Source: Gemmatimonadaceae bacterium (GTDB lineage: Bacteria; Gemmatimonadota; Gemmatimonadetes; Gemmatimonadales; Gemmatimonadaceae). From it: a stretch of DNA of 64,000 nt. A model generated the notes under the pieces. It made no database searches. It worked only from the letters and a program-made list of their open reading frames with translations, and had not been told where the DNA came from. Below are positions 60,327 to 64,000 of this stretch, in pieces (position 1 is the stretch's first letter; the number at the start of each line of letters is the position of its first letter). The translations under genes and the position numbers were made by a program. Location of the stretch: positions 960,001 to 1,024,000 of the forward strand of contig JBHYGA010000001.1 of assembly GCA_051859245.1 (NCBI GenBank), read 5' to 3'.

Positions 60327-61189
60327 GGCTGACGCATCACCGGCGAAGGCGGCATGGACTTGAGTCGTGCCTTGAACGCCTGAAAGGCACGCGTGTCTTT
60401 CGTCAATGACTGCATGATCACCGGATCAATCTGCGAAATCACGTTCTCCGAATCGGCAACGCGATCTTCGGCCAGCGGATGCGAGGAGAAAAATCCGTCC
60501 ACGCCACCCGGCTTGGACTGGCGTTCTGCCAACAGCGTGCGGAACATCGCTGGCACGCCGCGCGGATCGATGCCGGCGCGCACGACGAACTTGATGCCCT
60601 CGCGGTCAGCATCGCGTTCGTCATCGCGGGAGAACTTGGCGAACGCGCCGCCAGCACCAAGCTGGATGGCGGTTGAGCCGAGTCCACTATTGCACACTTG
60701 CGGGGCGAAGATGCACGCCAGGCTCACACCAACGTTCGCCTGTTGCGCCTTGGCCATTTGCTCCATGGAATGCCGCTCCGTGACGTGCCCGATCTCATGG
60801 CCAAGCACGCCCGCCACTTCCGACATCGTTGCCGCGCGCTCGATGAGACCACGGTTGATGTAGATGTACCCGCCCGGTACCGCGAACGCATTCACATCGG
60901 GCTGGTCCACCACATAGAAGTGCCAGTCGAGATTGCGGTTGTCGGCCACGCGCGCGATGGAGTCGCCCAGCACCGTGATGTAGCGCTGAATCTCCGGATC
61001 GGTGATGATCGGCAGCTCCTTGTTGATCTCAGCGGCGTACTGCGCACCCATCTGCACTTCTTCCTGCGTGGACGGCACGCAAGCGGTGCCGACGGCGGCG
61101 ATCAGGCCGAGCGTCATCAGGTGTCGGGCTCGTGGCCTCGACGCGCCGGTCCGAGCCGGGTGAATGTTGGAGTTGTCTTGCGTGCGCAT
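60323..61189 (-). CDS. M48-family metallopeptidase lipoprotein
   Basis: Lipobox GTAC, NAFAVPGG, HEIGH, SRDDERDAD, SHP. Confidence 0.9.
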   Translation of the reverse strand: MRTQDNSNIHPARTGASRPRARHLMTLGLIAAVGTACVPSTQEEVQMGAQYAAEINKELPIITDPEIQRYITVLGDSIARVADNRNLDWHFYVVDQPDVNAFAVPGGYIYINRGLIERAATMSEVAGVLGHEIGHVTERHSMEQMAKAQQANVGVSLACIFAPQVCNSGLGSTAIQLGAGGAFAKFSRDDERDADREGIKFVVRAGIDPRGVPAMFRTLLAERQSKPGGVDGFFSSHPLAEDRVADSENVISQIDPVIMQSLTKDTRAFQAFKARLKSMPPSPVMRQP

Positions 61190-61287
61190 ATCCCTCTACC
61201 TTCGTCGATCGCGACGGAGTGACTGGTGATCCAGATTGGTCGTTGAGTACGGTGTGTACCGCGAAAAACTCTTGTTCCGGAGCCTGC

Positions 61288-62055
61288 GTGAAGCTGTTGT
61301 CTGTTGCTCGTGACCTCAAGCGCCGCAAGGCGCGGGAACGACTTGGCCTGTTTGTGGCCGAAGGCGTACGCACCGTGGAGGCGCTTGTCGCAAGCCCCCT
61401 GCGAGTGCGTGGCACGCTGCACACAAAGGAGGCGACAAACGATCTTCGCACCAACCAGCTGCTAACGCTACTCGCCAGCCGAGACGTGCCCTCGGAAGAA
61501 ATCAGCGAGCAGGATTTTGCGAGTGCTGCCGACACGGAGTCGCCGCAAGGCATTCTCGCACTCGCAGAAATACCCCACAGGCCGCTCCACGGATTCCCGG
61601 CAACGGGAACAGCACTGTTGCTCGACGCGGTGCAGGACCCGGGGAACGTAGGAACCATTGTACGATCTGCGGCCGCACTGGGCGTGTCTGTGACTATTTC
61701 ACTTCCGGGCACGGTTGACGTGTGGAATGCCAAGGTGGTGCGCAGCAGCATGGGCGCCCTGTTCACGCACCACGTCGCTTCTATGGACTGGGCCGAGGCC
61801 GAACAGTGGCTGGCGAGCCACCAGGTTCCGCTGTGGGTGGCCGCCGCCGACGGCGCGGACCTCGCGCGCGTGGCGGTAACGCGTCCCGCTCGTCTTGCAT
61901 TGGTCGTGGCCAACGAAGGCGCCGGCGTTTCCCCGCACGTCGCGACCGCGGCTGCGCAACGCGTAGCCATTCCCATGGCCCACGGGTCTGAATCGCTCAA
62001 TGTGGCGGTGGCAACGGGCATTCTGCTGTACGTGCTTGGCGCCGCGGCTCCCTAA
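61288..62055 (+). CDS. TrmH/SpoU-family RNA methyltransferase
   Basis: QDPGNVGTIVRSA, NEGAGV, IPM...ESLNVAVA. Confidence 0.9.
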   Translation: MKLLSVARDLKRRKARERLGLFVAEGVRTVEALVASPLRVRGTLHTKEATNDLRTNQLLTLLASRDVPSEEISEQDFASAADTESPQGILALAEIPHRPLHGFPATGTALLLDAVQDPGNVGTIVRSAAALGVSVTISLPGTVDVWNAKVVRSSMGALFTHHVASMDWAEAEQWLASHQVPLWVAAADGADLARVAVTRPARLALVVANEGAGVSPHVATAAAQRVAIPMAHGSESLNVAVATGILLYVLGAAAP

Positions 62056-62067
62056 TTTTGGAGTGAG

Positions 62068-62919
62068 ATGCTGTCCTCGTTTCCGTTCGAGATTTTCTGG
62101 CCGTACTATCTCGCCACGTTTATCGTGGGCGCGTGTTTCGGGTCGTTCCTGAATGTGTGTGTGGCGCGCTGGCCCGCCGATCTGAGTGTGATTTCGCCGC
62201 CCTCGCGTTGTCCGAACTGTGAGCGACAGATCAAATGGCATGAGAACGTGCCAATCTTTGGCTGGCTGCGACTCGGTGGGAAATGTGCCGGATGTCACAA
62301 GCGCATCTCGGCGCAGTATCCACTCATCGAACTCTTCGTGGCGCTGTCGTGGGTGGGGATCGCGGTGGCGTTCGGATTCACGTTTGAGGCCATGCGCATT
62401 GCCGTGGTCAGCACCATTCTGCTCGGTATCGCGCTCACGGACGCACAGCACTATCTGATTCCCGATGGCTTCACGATTACGGGGCTCGCCTTCGCGCTGA
62501 TTACCGCCGTGGTGGCGGCTCTGTACATCGAAGGCCCGTCGCATTTTGTGGGACCGTGGGACGCGGTGCTCGGGGCCTGCGTTGGCGCGGGCGCCATTCG
62601 CATTATCGGCTGGCTCGGTGAGGTGGCGCTCAAGAAAGAAGCCATGGGTTTTGGCGACGAAACGCTTATGGCGTTCGTGGGAGCCATGCTTGGCCCGCCG
62701 CGGTCGCTGCTCACCATTGTTGGCGGTGCGGCGCTCGGTGCGTTTTTGTTCATTGGTATTGTGGGTCCGATCGTGTACGTACGAACAAAGCGCACGGGTG
62801 AAGAGTTCGCCTTTCCCGACGTACCGTTCGGTGTATTCCTTGCGCCCGCCGCGCTCCTTGCCTTGCTTTGGGGAGACCCGCTGATCTCGTGGTACCTTGA
62901 GCGCGCACTCGGCTTGTAA
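62068..62919 (+). CDS. pilD: Prepilin peptidase (A24)
   Basis: GSFLNV, S.CPNC, C..C..ISAQYP, MGFGD, VPFGVFL. Confidence 0.92.
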   Translation: MLSSFPFEIFWPYYLATFIVGACFGSFLNVCVARWPADLSVISPPSRCPNCERQIKWHENVPIFGWLRLGGKCAGCHKRISAQYPLIELFVALSWVGIAVAFGFTFEAMRIAVVSTILLGIALTDAQHYLIPDGFTITGLAFALITAVVAALYIEGPSHFVGPWDAVLGACVGAGAIRIIGWLGEVALKKEAMGFGDETLMAFVGAMLGPPRSLLTIVGGAALGAFLFIGIVGPIVYVRTKRTGEEFAFPDVPFGVFLAPAALLALLWGDPLISWYLERALGL

Positions 62920-62957
62920 GTCGTGGTGCGCGTACCGCTTCCGCTAATACGCGTACT

Positions 62958-64000
62958 GTGCACACACGTTTCCTGAAGTCCACGCACGTTGTTGCCGTTG
63001 GTGCCCTGGTGTTGATCTCCGCCTGCGAGAGTGCACCGTCCGTGGGTGACGGCCCTTACGCCAAAACACTTGGCCGTGCCATTCCAAAGGTGGAAGAAGC
63101 CACGGGTCTCAAGTTCAAGACGGAACCCGTGCTGGAAACGCGCAGCAAGGAACAGGTGCGCGAGTTTCTGCTCAATCAACTCACCAGCGAACGCGCGAAA
63201 ACCCTGCTGGAAGGACAGCAGGGTGTGTACAAGCGGCTGGGGTTGATTCCCGATACGATGGACGTGGGGCTGTTGCTGCGCCGGTTGCTCGAAGAGCAGA
63301 TCGTGGGATACTACGATCCCAAAACCAAGGTGCTCTATGTGGTAGACGGTGGTCGCCCCGAGCTGGTCGAGGTCACTATCACGCACGAACTGGTGCACGC
63401 GCTGCAGGATCAGTATGTGAACATTGATTCCATTCAGAGTGCAACGGCGGATGCAGATCGTCAGGTCACCGCGCAAGCCATTCTGGAGGGCCAGGCCGTG
63501 TACGCGCAGTTGCGCGCATCACTTGGCGAAACGGGGCTGCGACTGGGCGGTTGGGACCGCGCCAAGATGGCCATGCGCGATGGGCAGGAAGGCATGCCCA
63601 TTTTCTCAAGTGCCCCCATGGTGATTCGGGAGTCGCTGCTGTTTCCGTACACCGGCGGTGCGGACTTTGTGTATCGATTCGTGAATCGAAAGCCGAACGG
63701 CAACGTATTGGAAGACATGCCCATTTCCACACGACAGCTGCTCGGCGATGCCGCGTTTTTCGGTACGGGTGATACCGTACTCGAAGCGCCAGCGCGTGAA
63801 CTGCCAACACGTGTCACGCTACCAGCGCCATCACGCGGCACGGTGAAGTTCACCAATGTGTTTGGCGAGTTCGAGACGCGGCTTGTGATGTATCAGTTCG
63901 TGCGCAACGAAACGCAGGCCGCGCGTGCGGCGCAGGGTGTTGATGGAGATCGCTACGCGCTTATTGAGCTCCCGCAGGGTGATGCACTGGTGTGGGCGAG
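62958..64000 (+). CDS. Lipoprotein with HExxH zincin motif (3' truncated by window edge)
   Basis: Open frame absent from the ORF track: GTG start, lipobox ISAC, GYYDP, THELVHALQDQ, AILEGQA, FPY..G..FV. Confidence 0.7.
   Translation, partial: MHTRFLKSTHVVAVGALVLISACESAPSVGDGPYAKTLGRAIPKVEEATGLKFKTEPVLETRSKEQVREFLLNQLTSERAKTLLEGQQGVYKRLGLIPDTMDVGLLLRRLLEEQIVGYYDPKTKVLYVVDGGRPELVEVTITHELVHALQDQYVNIDSIQSATADADRQVTAQAILEGQAVYAQLRASLGETGLRLGGWDRAKMAMRDGQEGMPIFSSAPMVIRESLLFPYTGGADFVYRFVNRKPNGNVLEDMPISTRQLLGDAAFFGTGDTVLEAPARELPTRVTLPAPSRGTVKFTNVFGEFETRLVMYQFVRNETQAARAAQGVDGDRYALIELPQGDALVWA

Overview
A GC-rich bacterial chromosomal window. The gene style (SusC/SusD-type pair, many lipoproteins) suggests Gemmatimonadota, which is an inference. 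In order it holds: (1) a phenylacetate catabolism cluster (paaABCD, paaG, paaH, paaJ, paaY, paaZ) split by a MATE pump, an HExxH protein and a fused 2-oxoacid dehydrogenase E1; (2) an sbtA-sbtB-carbonic anhydrase-NhaR-like bicarbonate module; (3) a SusC/SusD pair and an Ntn acylase; (4) a form IV RuBisCO-like protein, yjbQ, tRNA-Leu(TAG), degP and dnaK; (5) a roughly 29 kb phosphorus region (pstSCAB-phoU, ppk1, ppx, a second pstS, a TonB receptor with a large lipoprotein, udk-phoB-phoR, tandem 5'-nucleotidase, add, PNP) with two arsenic cassettes embedded or adjacent; (6) thiD, an M48 peptidase, a TrmH-family methylase, pilD and a truncated zincin lipoprotein. The most notable non-coding signals are a three-way attenuator with a leader ORF upstream of the MATE pump, two related 230-250 bp hairpin elements bracketing the TonB/lipoprotein/pstS2 module, and three Pho-box-like sites. 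All calls come from reading the sequence and recalled family motifs; no searches were run.
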